A DNA stretch of 64,000 nucleotides from Mobula hypostoma (Eukaryota), in NCBI RefSeq assembly GCF_963921235.1, contig NC_086097.1, positions 217,560,001 through 217,624,000 on the forward strand, in the 5' to 3' direction. Made by a program: the position numbers and the translations under genes. Numbering within the stretch: the stretch's first letter is position 1; each line of letters starts with the position of its first letter. Under the pieces are notes generated by a model. That model was not told the DNA's origin. It worked only from the letters and a program-made list of their open reading frames with translations, and ran no database searches. Shown here in pieces: positions 37,791-50,414 of this stretch.

Positions 37791-39297
37791 CATATTGGAA
37801 TTAAAATGCCAATTAATGTTTTATGTAATTAGCAACCAATGCCAAGCCACAATAATTAATTTTATTAGATCAAGGTTACAGTGAAAAGTAGAGCAAGGTT
37901 CCTCCCTTTCATTGCTCAGGAAAGCCTCTTTGTGGAGATGTGAGTATTGTCAGAGGGGGAATAGAAAGGACCAGTCCCAAATATTTGAATACTTTAAAAA
38001 AAAAATGTTTTTCCTGACCCTGTTTAATCTGATCACTGGGATGGTTTTAATGTATAAAAAAAGGAAGAAGGATTATGAAAAAATTAGTGGAGGAAAAGTG
38101 TAATTTAAAACACCACCCAAAATGGTCATTTATGATTTGTCAACTTCTGTTATTTTTCTACTAGACCATCGTCATATTGTTTCTATTATTCTGGCAAAAA
38201 AGTAGAGCCCTTGGTTCAGAATTTGTGCGCCGCACTTCTCTGTAAAGGAGGTAATATTGAGTCAGAAGTTGAACGCAAGGCCAGACAGGATTGCAGGTTC
38301 TTTGATTCAACCTGAGATAGAGGCCAAGAGAAAAGTAGGTTGGGTGGTACAAGTATAGAGTTTCTTAAGGGTTTAATCTGAAAATACTTGATAACAGTGT
38401 GGAATGTTATTTTTACATATATAATGTTTTCATTAGCTTAAAGTTTTTAAATTTAATGTTGGAAAGGAAAAAATAATTTTTGTTACTTTCAGATGTGTTT
38501 TTAAAATATCATACTTGTTATTTATTCTGCAATAAAGTTTTTATTATAAAAACACTGCTTCACTGTCAGCTATGGAACTTGGGTGGGTAGGAAAATATTT
38601 GAAATTAGTTACATTTTTGAAATGGAGAAGGAATTTCTGAAGTAACTGAAGATTATGATAGTGTTAAAAAGCAAATAATGTTAAGGTAAAAGCAGAATTC
38701 TTTTACTGGATAATGCTGGAAAATGCAGAAATTTCAAACCTGCTGGTTAAGGTTGGGTGTGATTTCCTGCTGCATGCCATTGTGTTACAATTATGGTGCA
38801 GGATAACTAAACACATTATTATTGATAATGAATTCTTTATTATTTTTCTTCAGGAAAAGTGTTCAGATTAGATAGACTAATACTATATCATAAAATTATT
38901 GAAAAATATAAAAACAAGTTACAGAATGCCTAACTATAAATTTACAAATATACCTGTTCATTCTACAGGAACAGAGTGAAGTCAATGAGGCTGTCAAGAC
39001 TGTTCTTACCATTTAGTTTGTTATGGCTAATCTGTATCACGTTCCAGTTCTTTTCTTTTGGATGCTCTACGTGACTTGATAGCCTCACCTAACAAAATCT
39101 ATGAAATTAAGTTTTGGAATATCACATTCTTCTTTTCTGGGGGAGAGTTCTAACTTCTTTTTTTCAAAAATGTACTTTGTTTAAAGTTTTATAAGTTTTT
39201 AAGTCCTCTAATAAATTATAATGCCCTGAAAGAACTAATATAAATTTCTATAAAATACAACTATAGTTGTGCTAAACTTTATTTATATATTTTCAAG

Positions 39298-39405
39298 ACA
39301 AACAGCTTGTTGAAATGATTGATGCAGCTGCCCTTGATGTTATTAAAGGAAATCCAGTCAACAAGCCATGTTCTAGGTATCAGTCTTTCACTGTGTTTTT
39401 AAGGG
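39298..39405 (+). CDS. MCMDC2: MCMDC2 coding exon 6
   Basis: ttcaag|(D)KQLVEMIDAAALDVIKGNPVNKPCSRYQSFTVFLR+G|gtaagt; 108 nt. Confidence 0.94.
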
Positions 39406-40854
39406 GTAAGTTTGCTTTTTTATTTACAACGCGGGACTAAAATTTAAAGTTTTAGTTTTATTGAAATGACAAGCAATACTTAAAGGTTAATCATCTCAAC
39501 TATTGTGAATATCTCTACAGGTAAATGTCATGTTGGTCAGCTATCTTTTAAAGTAAATACCATTTCATACCACTTTCACTCAATTTGTTGCTCTCTTCAC
39601 TCAAATTGATACACAGAATTTTGACTTTATATTTAATGTCATTTACTGACAAATCTCTAAACAACTTATACTCTGAAATAAATGTAAAGGTAGCATTGTT
39701 CTGAAAATATTATGTAGCAGTTTTCATTGTTTGACTGCAGTGTGGCCCTATATTTTGTGCAAAACATACTTCAAAGGAATCTAGTTGTCAAAAGATGGGT
39801 AGTTAGTGGGTGACGTAGTCACAATCTATAAATAAGAACATACCACATGTACTTCAAAGAGTGGAAGAAGATGCGACGGTTATGTGGTTGCGATTCATAC
39901 AATCATTATCCAATAGGTCCTGCTGGAGTCTTTCCTTTCCCAAAGGATAACATACAACACAATGGGCATCAGTAGCTATCTTGTACCTCTTAATAACTGT
40001 GGAGTATTAATGGAAGCTCTTATCCTGTTTGTCCTTGTGTGTACTTCTAGAAGGATTTACTGGATAGCAATCAAGTGTGAATTAATTTACTGCTTCCCTA
40101 ATTTGAGGCAATTAGGGACATTTCTGCAAATGTAATTTTATGTTAAATCAGAGATTAAAAACCAAAATGTTACTTGCTGATCATTAAGAATCAGTAGCAA
40201 CTTCTGATGCTACATTTCCCCCACTGAAACATTTCAGCAATCTGAGCTCCTGCAAATGTGCCATCACTGTTCCCTGTGCAAGAAGGTCATAGTGGATAAC
40301 TTCCTATTTATTTGGTTCGTGGAAAAGTGCATTTCTAGCCAAGAAGGCAACTGATATTGAATACTATGCATTTGACATTCTATGTCCTGTCAGACATGGG
40401 ACATTAATCATTAATAACTTGCTAGAAATTTCTTAGCTGCTGTAGTTCATCAGTTTAAAAACTCCTGCTAAGTTTGAGAAAAATATGAAATTCCCCTTTG
40501 ATTCATATCAAAAATAATCTCCAGAAACATGCATCACATTTATGATCAGCACACCAGTGGCATAATATACATTTGGAGCAATTCAGAAGGGTCAGGATAG
40601 GTACATCCCAAAGAAGTAGTAGTATTCTAAAGGCAGGATGATGCAACTGTGGCTGACAAGGGAAGTCAAAGCCAATATAAAAGCAAAAGATTCAAAGTAC
40701 ATTTATATCAAAGAATGTATAAATTATACAACCACTGACCCAACTTCTCCTCTCCGAATGGCTCACTCTATCTACATGGATTTTACAACACACCACCTCG
40801 GCTCATCCCGCGAACTCACCTCACCATCGCTCGCCCCCTCACTGTTTGCGGTGA

Positions 40855-43800
40855 CTATGAGAAAGCTAAAGCAAACAACACTGACCGGAGAGAAATTCAC
40901 GGTAAGGTGTCATTGCGGGAAAGTCTGAAAAAACATTAGAGGGCTCAAGGTACACCAGAGCAGATCTAGATGTGGATCAATGGTGACCCAAGTGCAGCGC
41001 ACGGACTTAGTGTCCAGTGAGACGAAGGAGAATTCTGGCAAGGAAGCACTCCACAGAGCTGAAGATCTCTCCACACTTGAGTCGCCTCAGCACCAAACAA
41101 CCGACCAAGTGAGTTCCTCTTCGGCTACCCCAATCCATTCGTCAAGGAAAGACATGATCCAATAGCCTAGATTATCAGACAACGTCGCCTGGATGCAGTT
41201 CGATGATGATCTAGACAGCATCCTGGAAGTTGCCTTAGCAGGTCCGGTACACAGAAAGATCGACTCACTCACAGCCATAGCGTACAATCTAGCTAAGGAA
41301 CTATTTGGCCCAATGGAGCGGAGGAGTTACCGCAGCAACCAAATAGGAGGGAAAGGGAGGTTCATTGCTTGAGAGGCGAATTAAAGGCGCCCAACAAGAG
41401 GTTTAAAACCAGCTCACCGATCAGAAAAGAAGGTATCAAGGACTTAACCAGTATGCTGCGGGAAAAGCTGTGCAAACTCCAGAGGGCAGAACATCTGCGA
41501 CAGCAAAGAAGGAAGAAAGAGGAAAGGCGAGCGCAGTTTGTGAGAGATCCATTCAGCTTCACCAGGACTCTTCTCAGCCAACAAAAAGTTGGTCTGTTAT
41601 CCAGCTCGAAGACAAAGGTAGAGGAGTTCCTGCGGGAGGCACACAGTGACCCACGGAGGGGTCAGGGACTAGGAACCAATCGGGCTGTGCATAGACCGGA
41701 AAAACCATCAATTGAGCTGAATGTGAAGGAGCCTACATGGCAGGAAATCCAGGACATCCTCCAGAAGGCTAAAGCATCAGCTGCCCCAGGCCCAAGCGGC
41801 ATGCCTTATAAGGTGTATAAGAAATGCCCAAAATTTCTTCGGAGGCTGTGGAAGGTCATGAGAAAGATCTGGGCCAAAGGTACTATTTCATCAAGTTGGA
41901 AATTGGCAGAGGGATGCTTTATTCCAAATTGTGAGGATTCTTCCACAATTGCCCAGTTTAGGACAATTTCTCTCCTGGATGTGGAGTGTAAGATTTTCTT
42001 TTCTGTGCTTGCAAGAAGGCTGACTTCTTACATGACGCAGAACCGCTATATCAACACATCCATCCAGAAAGGCGGTATTCCAGGCTTTTCGGGGTCTGGA
42101 ACACACCTCAGTGATTAACCGTTTGATCTGTGAGGCCAAGCAGAGAAAAGGTGACCTAACAGTTGTCTGGTTAGACCTCGCAAACGCCTACGGGTCTATT
42201 CCACATGACATCATCCTAGAAGGACTTGACCACTACTACATCCCAGTGGTTATTCGAGACATGATCACCAGCTACCCAGGAGGATTCAAACTCAGATTTA
42301 CATCAGCCCATTTCACAACTAGTTGGCAGGACCTCCAGAAGGAGATTCCAACAGGGTGCACCATCTCCCCCATCCTATTTATTATGGGAATGAACCTCCT
42401 AACATCAGCAGCAGAAGATGTAACCTGTGGCTGGAGTCAGGCATTGTTCAGCCAGCTCTACGAGGATTCATGGACGACATCACTATAACAGCGGTGTCGC
42501 ATGTCCAAGCAAGATGGGTATTGGAAACCCTGGACAATGTAGCCACTTGAGCGAGGATGTTCTTCAAGGCCAAGAAGTCCAGATGTATGGTGATCAGAAA
42601 GGGCAAAGTTACTAGCAAGTTTAGCCTCCAAGTTCAGGGTGAGGTCATCCCTTCCATCGAAGATAACCCGATAAAATGCTTGGGGAAGTGGTTTAATGTG
42701 TCACTGACAGATGGGACCAATGTCACCAATGCTGTGAAGCGGACAGACGAATGGCTGAAGAAGATCGACAAATCGGGACTTCCCGGTAAATTCAAGACCT
42801 GGTTGTACCAATACGGCCTTCTGCCCAGGTTTCTCTGGCTCTTCACACTTTATGAGTTCCCCATGACTGCCGTAGAGAGCATCGAGAAGAAAACCAACAA
42901 GCACCTGCGGAGATGGTTGAGAGTACCCCCAAGCTTCTCTTCAGTGGGCCTCTATATTCGATCTGGGCAACTGCAGCTCCCCCTGTCATCTGTTGTGGAG
43001 GAATTCAAGGTGGCAAAATGCAGAGCCTTATTAAGCTTGAGAGATTCCAATGACAACTTGGTAAAGCAAGCAGGCGTTACAACCAGATCTGGGCGCAAGT
43101 GGGCAGCCAACGCAGCTGTGGATCAGGCAGTGTGTTCTCTGAAGATGTGAGATATCATCGGCAACCCCTACGTCAGGCGGCAAGGCCTTGGCTCAGTTCA
43201 CTTCCAGCAGTGGGGAAACACAAGCATTGGGGACAGGCGAGACATGGTACAGGCAGAAGTACGGATCCCTGAGGAAGAGAAGCGGATGTCAAAGGCAGTG
43301 GAACAAGGGTCCCAGGGTGCCTGGACAAAATGAAATCTGCCCAAGCGCAAGATCTCATGGGCAGAGTTATAGAGACTGGAGCCCTTCCGTATTTCCTTCC
43401 TCTTGCAATCTGTGTATGACACCCTTCCTTCGCCATTACACCTGTACGCATGGGGGATGAGAGAGGACCTGAACTGTTAGCTCTGTGGTCAGAAAGGGAC
43501 ACTGGCTCATATACTGTCTGGGTGTAAAACAGCTCTAACTCAAGGATGGTATAGGTGGCACCATGATAAGGTGCTTCTGGCTGACACACTAGAGCGAGAG
43601 AGATACAAGAAGAGAATGGCTGGCACAGATTTGAGGATGGTCATCACTTTCATCAAAGAGGGAGCCGGGCCTTTCGTAACCAAACAACCAAAGCCCAATC
43701 TGCTGCTAACGGCCAGGTCCTGGGAGATGAGGGTCGATGTGGGAAGGAGGCTGCAGTTCCCGGATGTGGTGCACACAACCCTATGCCCAGACATTGTACT

Positions 43801-44273
43801 GTGGTCAATTCTGGTTGAGCTGACTGTGCCATGGGAGGAAGGCCCACGGGAGAAAGGCCTTGAAGTACTAGCCCTTAGTGCAGGAATGCAAAGACAAGGG
43901 ATGGCAGGCATGGTGGTTCCCTGTGGAGATCGGCTGCAGAGGTTCCCCAGCCAAATCAGCATGGCGGTTGTTGTCAGCTCTGGGCCTGGACGAAAGGAGC
44001 AAAAAACAAGCAGCTCGTAGGATGGGGGAAGAGGCAGAACGAGCCTCTTGTTGGATTTGGAGTAGGCGAGAGGAGGGAAGCTGGAAGCCAGGAGCAGATG
44101 GGCAGTGATTTGGCCACCACTGCCGGCCCACCAACTGGAGAGTGTCGTGGTTAAGGGTCGAAACACTCTGTGAAGGTTGGGTACCACCTGATGACATCTG
44201 CTCCTGGCTGAAGGCTACAGTTACTTTATAAGGTATCTGGAGAATGCACCCTAACAGGTGTATGTGACAAGCA
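40855..44273 (+). mobile_element. RLE-type non-LTR retrotransposon (HERO-like, R2 group), near-complete single ORF 40857-44108 with stops and frameshifts
   Basis: N-terminal CHCGKV*KNIRGLKVHQSRSRC finger; RT motifs SAAPGPSG, QFRTISLL, VWLDLANAYGSIPH, TGCTISPILF, GFMDDITI, IKCLGKW; C-terminal C*LCGQKGTLAHILSGC, GWYRWHHDKVL, PDIVLWS..VELTVPWEE (PD-D/E restriction-like endonuclease); no APE. Confidence 0.9.
44131..44199 (+). ncRNA. Candidate rearranged (non-circularly permuted) hammerhead ribozyme in the HERO-like 3' UTR
   Basis: Stem III AGAGTGT(44139-145)/ACACTCT(44163-169); GUC site 44144-146; stem I GTGGT(44147-151)/ACCAC(44183-187); CTGATGA 44188-194; GAAA 44160-163; weak stem II ATCT(44196-199)/GGGT(44155-158). 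Confidence 0.6.
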
Positions 44274-46210
44274 AATGCATTTTACCTCAGAAAACGCGTT
44301 TCTTGCCATTTGAGTTACCAGTGAGCTGTTACACGTGTTAAGAGAGGGCATATAATAGAGCAAAAATTAGTGGAAAGTTAGAGGATTGGGAAGCTTTTAA
44401 AAAACCAACAGAAGGCAACTAAAGAAGCCAGAAGGGGGAAAAGATGAAACATGAAGGTAAGCTAGCCGATAATATCAAAGAGGATACCAAAAGTCTTTTT
44501 TTCAAATATATAAAGAATAAAAGAGAGGCGAGAATAGATACTGGACCACAAGGAAAATGCCACTGGAAAAGCAATAGTAATGGCGGACAAATTGTGTGAG
44601 CATTTTGCATCAGTCTTCATTGTAGAAGACACTAGCTGTATGCCAGAAGTTCGAAAGAGTCAGGGGGCAGAAGTGAGTGCAGTTGCTATAACTAGGGAGA
44701 AGGTGCTTGGGAAACTGAAAAGTCTGAAGGTAGATAAGTCACCTGGACCAGATAGACTACACCCCAGGGTTCTGAAGGAGATTGTAGAGGCATTAGTAAT
44801 CTTTCAAAAATCACTAGAAAATGGTATGGTTTTGGCATGTCCCAAATAAGCAGCTGCCTTGATTAATGGTGGCCAATATTAATTGATATAGTCATAGTCA
44901 TAGTCATACTTTATTGATCCCGAGGGAAATTGGTTAATATACCTGTGTATCCGCTAATTTGGGGCAACCCTTAAAGAACAGAAACTAATCAAGAAAATAT
45001 TCGGGGTTCTCTTGGTGTGGCCATTAAACACTACACCATGCTTAGAGTGAACAACTTTTAATTAGTGTCAGTTGCATGTGTTTGTGTTCAATAAATAATA
45101 ACACAATTTAGAATTGTTTTGCTCACTGTGGTTTCAGGCATTCAGGCATGGAGTTGCCAGAAATGGCCAGGTGTGAAAATGAAACTATTTGAAGGATGCA
45201 ATCATCAAAACCATTGTACAAAGACAGTCTAGACGTACTAGACGCCTGTGCTAATTTTGAACATTTACAGTCAATCAAAAGAACATGGCAACATGTTGGT
45301 TGTCTGTAGTATCTGACGATGACAGTAAAACTTGTGCGGGAGATTTTTAAAAGTGGAAAATCCATTACACTGGGACAGTTCCACTCTCTTGACATCAGAA
45401 GTCCAAGTCCAGTGGTACGAGTACTTGTCATGAGTTGGGTTCTCCCTTGGTTGCAGTGGATCACCATGACTTCTGTGCCTTCTACAGCCCTTTGCTCTCC
45501 ACGAAGCATCGCAGACCACCTTCTTGGCTATTAGATCTCACTGTTGATCTTATCTGCTGAGTCCACAGCTGTCTTCACATGATGCTAAGATAGGCATGTC
45601 CCAATTTCACCTGGGTATTATAAGACCATAAGACATGAGAGCAGAATTAGGCCATTCAGCCCATCGAGTCTGCTCCGCCATTCCATCATAGTTGATCCCC
45701 CAGATCCCACTCAACTCCATACACCTGCCTTCTCGCCATATCTTTTGATGCCCTGACCGATCAGGAAACGATCAACTTCTGCCTTAAATATACCCACGGA
45801 CCTGGCACCTACCACAATCTATGGCAGAGCGTTGTACAGATTCACTACTCTCTTGCTGAAAAACATCCTCCTTATCTCTGTTCTAAAAGGTCGCCCCTCA
45901 ATTCTGAGGCTGTGCTCTCCAGTTCTGGATACCCCACCCAGACAACACATCCTCTCCACATCCACCCTATCTAGTCCTTTCAACATTCTGTAGGTTTCAA
46001 TGAGATCTCCCTGCATTCTTTGAAATTCCAGTTAGTACAGGCACAAAGCTGCCAAATACTCTTCGTATATTAACCCCTTCATTCCTAGAATCATCCTTGT
46101 GAACCTGCTCTGGACTCTCTCTAATGATAAGACATCCTTTCAGAGATATGGGGCCAAAAACTGTTGACGATACTCCAAGTGCAGCTTGACTAGTGTTTTA
46201 TAAAGGCTCA

Positions 46211-46577
46211 GCCCTCTCTTAACACGTGCAACAGCTCACTGGTAAGTCAAATGGCAAGAAATGCGTTTTCTGAGGTAAATGCATTAAATTATCACCACAA
46301 ACAGTGAGGGGGCGAGCGATGGTGAGGCGAATTTGTGGGATGAGCCAAGGTGGTGTGTTACAAAATCCATGTAGATGGAGTGAGCCATTCAGAGAGGAGA
46401 AGTTGGGTCAGTGGTTGTATAATTTATACATTCTTTGATAATAAATGTACTTTGAATCTTTTGCTTTTATATTGGCTTTGACTTCCCTTTTCAGCCACAG
46501 TTGCATCTTTCTGCCTTTAGAATACTACTACTTCTTTGGGATGTACCTATCCTGACCCTTCTGAATTGCTCCAAATG
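46211..46577 (-). repeat. 367-bp inverted local duplication of 40570-40854 joined to 44274-44349
   Basis: Reverse complement aligns at roughly 95% by manual count; the 3.4-kb HERO-like sequence is absent, replaced by TAATTT. Confidence 0.92.
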
Positions 46578-47930
46578 AGGGAGGGCTCAGTGGTGGGCAA
46601 GTTGTTGGAGAAGATCCTGAGAGGCAGGATTTATGAGCATTTGGAGAGATATAATCTGATTAGGGATAATCAGTATGGCTTTGTCAAGGGCAAGTCGTGC
46701 CTTACAAGCCTGATTGAATTCTTTGAGGATGTAACAAAACACATTGATGAAGGCAGAGCACAGGATGGAGTGTATATGGATTTCAGCAAGGCATTTGATA
46801 AGGTTCCCCATGCCAAGCTCATTCAGAAAGTAAGGAGGCATGGGATCCAAGGAGACCTTGCTTTGTGGATCCAGAATTGGCTTGCCCACAGAAGGCAAAG
46901 GGTGGTTGTAGATAGTTCGTGTTCTGCATGGATGTCAGTGACCAGTGGTGTTCCACGGGGATCTGTTCTGGGACCCCTCCTCTTTATGATTTTTATAACT
47001 GAACTGGATGAAGAAGTAGAAGAGTGGGTTAGTAAGTTTGATGATGACACAAAGGTTGGGGCTGTTGTGGATAGTCTGGAGGGTTGTCAGAGGTTACAGC
47101 GGGACATCGATAGGATGCAGAACTGGGCTGAGAAGTGGGAGATGGAGTTCAACCCAAAATGTGAAGTGGTTCATTTTGGTAGGTCAAATTTAAAGACAGA
47201 ATATAGTATTAATGGTAAGACTCTTGGCAATGTTGAGGATCTGAGAGATCTTGGGGTCCATGTCCATAGGACACTCAAAGCTGCAGTGCAGGTTGACAGT
47301 GTTGATAAGAAGGCGTATGATGTGTTGCCATCAATCAACCATGGACTGAGTTCAAGGGACATGAGGTAATGTTACAGGTATATAAGACCTTGGTCAGACC
47401 CCACTTGGAGTACTGTATTCAGTTCTGGTCACCTCACTACAGGAAGGATGTGGATACTATAGAAAGAGTGCAGAGGAGATCTACAAGGATGTTGCCTGGA
47501 TTGGAAAGCATGCCTTAATAGAATAGTTTGAGTGAACTTGACCTTTTCTCCTTGGAGCAACAGGGGATGAGAGGTGACCTGATAGAGGTATATAAGATAA
47601 TGAGAGCCATTGACTGTGTGGATAGCTAGAGGCTTTTTCCCAGGGCTGAAATGGTTAACACGAGGGAGCATAGTTTTAAGGTGCTTGGAAGTAGGTACAG
47701 AGAGAATGTCAGGGGTAAGTTTTTCACAGAGAGAGTGGTGGGTGCACAGAATGCACTGCCGGCAACGGTGGTGAGGTGGATGCAATAGGGTCTTTTGATA
47801 GGTATATGGAGCTTAGTAAAATAGAAGGCTATACAGTAGGGTATTTCTAGGCAGTAACTAGAGTAGGTTACATGGTCGGCACAACATTGTGGGCCAAACA
47901 GCCTGTAATGTGCTGTAGATTTCTATGTAC
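46578..47930 (+). mobile_element. CR1 LINE, 5'-truncated, long open RT frame
   Basis: SVVGKLLEKILRGRIYEHL...YMDFSKAFDKVPH...KFDDDTKV; tail GTGCTGTAGATTTCTATGT. Confidence 0.92.
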
Positions 47931-50414
47931 TAACATCACATTTGCCTTCTTTACCACAGTCTCAACCTGTAAATTAACCTTCTGGGCACCTTGCATGGGA
48001 ACTCCTGTCCCTCTGCACCTCTGATGTTTGAACCTTCTCCACATTTAGTTAATAGTCCGCATTATTGTTCCTTTTACTAAAATGTATGATCATAAATTTC
48101 CCAACAATGTGTTCCATCTGCCACTTCTTTGTCCATTCTTCCAATTTGTCTAAGTCTTCTGCAATTCCATTATCCAAATCACTGACAAACAATGTGAAAA
48201 GTAGTGGTCCCAATGCTGACCCCTGAGGAACACCACTAATCACTGGCAGCCAACCGGAAAAGGCCCCTTTTATTCCCAATCACTGCTTCCTGCCTGTCAG
48301 CCATATCACTCTCCATGCCAGTGTCTTTCCTGTAACGTCATAGAATTTTGTTAAGCAGCCTCATGTGTGGCGCCTTATCAAATGCATTCTGAAAATACAA
48401 GTAAATGACATCCACTGCCTCTCCTTTGTCCTCCCTGCTTGTTACTTCCTTTAAGACTCTAACAGATTTGTCAGGCAGCACTTCCCTTTTCAGAAACCAT
48501 GTTGCATTTGACTTATTTTATCATTAGTCTCCAAGTACCCTGAAACCTCATCCTTAATAATAGACTCCAACACTGAGGTTAAACTAACTGGCCTATAATT
48601 TCCTTTCTTTTTCCTTCTCCCCTTTTTAAAGAGTGGAGTGACATTTGCAATCTTCCAGTCCTCTGGGACCATGCCAGAATAAAGTGATTCTTGAAAGATC
48701 ATGACCAATGCATACGTTATCTCTTCAGCAACCTCTCTCAGGACTCTGGATGCAGTCCATCTGGTCCAGGTGACTTATTCATCTTAAGACCTTTGAGTTT
48801 GAGTTTGCCTAACACTTTTTCCTTTGTAATAGCAATGGCACTCACTCCTGCTACCTGACAATCACAAACCCCTGGCACACTGCTAGTGTCTTCCACAGTA
48901 AAGACAGATGCAAAGTATCCATGAAGTTCATCTGCCATTTCCTTGTCCGTCATTATTACCTCATCAGCATCATTTTCCAGTTGTTCAATATCATCAATTC
49001 TCACCTCCCTTTTACTCTTTATATAACTGAAAAAACTTTTGGTATCCTGCTTTATATTATTGGCTAGTCTGCCCTCATATTTCATCTTCTTATAGCTTTC
49101 TTCAGTTGCCTTTTGTTGGATTTTAAAAGCTTCCCAATCATCCAACTTCCCATTCACTTTTGCTACCTCATATGCCCTTTCCTTGGCTTTTATGCAGTCC
49201 TTAACTTACTTTTTCAACCACGGTTGTCTACCCCTGCCATTTGAGAACTACTTCCTCTGTGGGACACATCTATCGTGCACCTTGTGGACTATTCCCAGAA
49301 ACTTCAGCCTTCTCCGCTCTTCCATCATCCCCACCAGTATCCTCCTCCAATCTACCTGGGCAAGCTGCTATCTCATGCCTCTGTAACTCCCTTTATTCCA
49401 TTGCAATACTGATACATCTGACTTATGCTTCTCCCTCTCAAATTGCAGTATGAATTTAATCATATTATGATCACTGCCTCCCAAGGTTCCTTTATGTTAG
49501 GCTCCCTAATAATATTTGGGTTATTACACAACACCTAATCTAAGATAACCTTTCCGAGTAGGCTCAAGCACAAGCTGCTCTAAAAAGCCATCTCATAAGC
49601 AATAAACAAATTCCCTCTCTTGCAATCCAACACCAACCTGATTTTCCCAATCCCCTTGCATATTAAAGTCTCCCATTACAATTGTGACATTACCCTTATT
49701 ACATGCCTTTTCCAGCTCCCTTTGCAATCTTAACCCCACATCTTGGCTACTACTTGGCTACTATATATGATTCCCATAATGATTTTTTTTACCCTTGCAG
49801 TTTCTTAACTCCACCCGCAAAGATGCAACATTCTCTGACCCTATGTCACCTCTTTCTAAAGATGTAATTCCTTCTTGTACCAACAGAGCCACCCCACCAC
49901 CTATGCCTTTCTGCCTATCCTTTTGATACAAAGTATATGCTTTTGAAGTTCCCAACTATGGCCTTCTTTCAGCCATGACTCAATAATGCTCACAACATCA
50001 TACCGACCAATCTCTAATTGCGCCATGAGTTCGTCTACCTAATTCTGAATGCTACTCACATTTTAAATATAGCACCTTCAGTCCTGCATTCTTTGCCCTT
50101 TTGAATTTTTCCTCTGTGGTGCAATTTAGCTCTTACCTCTGTCTGCACTTGTACCCACTTATTAGCTTGTCCTTCCTTACATTCATGTTACAACCATCAT
50201 CTACTTGTACACCTGCTGACCCCTCCTCAGCTCGATCATACTGGTTCCCATCCCTCTGCCATATTAGTTTAAACCACTCCCAACAGCTCTAGTAAACCTG
50301 CCCACAAGAATATTGGTCCCCCTCGGATTCAAGTGCAACCCATCTCTTTTGTACAGGTCTCACCAACTCCAGAGAGATCCCAATTATCCAGAAATATGAA
50401 TCCCTGCCCCATGC

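Larger units (their letters stand above)
40570..44835 (+). mobile_element. CR1 fragment (40570-40690 and 44340-44835) split by a short insert and the HERO-like element
   Basis: WLTREVKANIKAK | ERAYNRAKISGKLEDWEAFK reads through once 40691-44339 is removed; AAGA at both junctions. Confidence 0.8.

Noticed and set aside
43540..44187. 215-aa minus-strand ORF
   Set aside because: Antisense shadow of the HERO-like endonuclease region.
46251..46350. MARNAFSEVNAL...SEGASDGE peptide reminiscent of a piggyBac transposase N-terminus next to a TTAA
   Set aside because: Needs a frameshift, has no CCC..GGG terminal repeat or catalytic region; too weak to call.
46536..47369. 277-aa ORF with a novel N-terminus fused to RT
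   Set aside because: The first residues are accidental read-in from the inverted duplication into a truncated CR1; non-ATG start and no sign of domestication.
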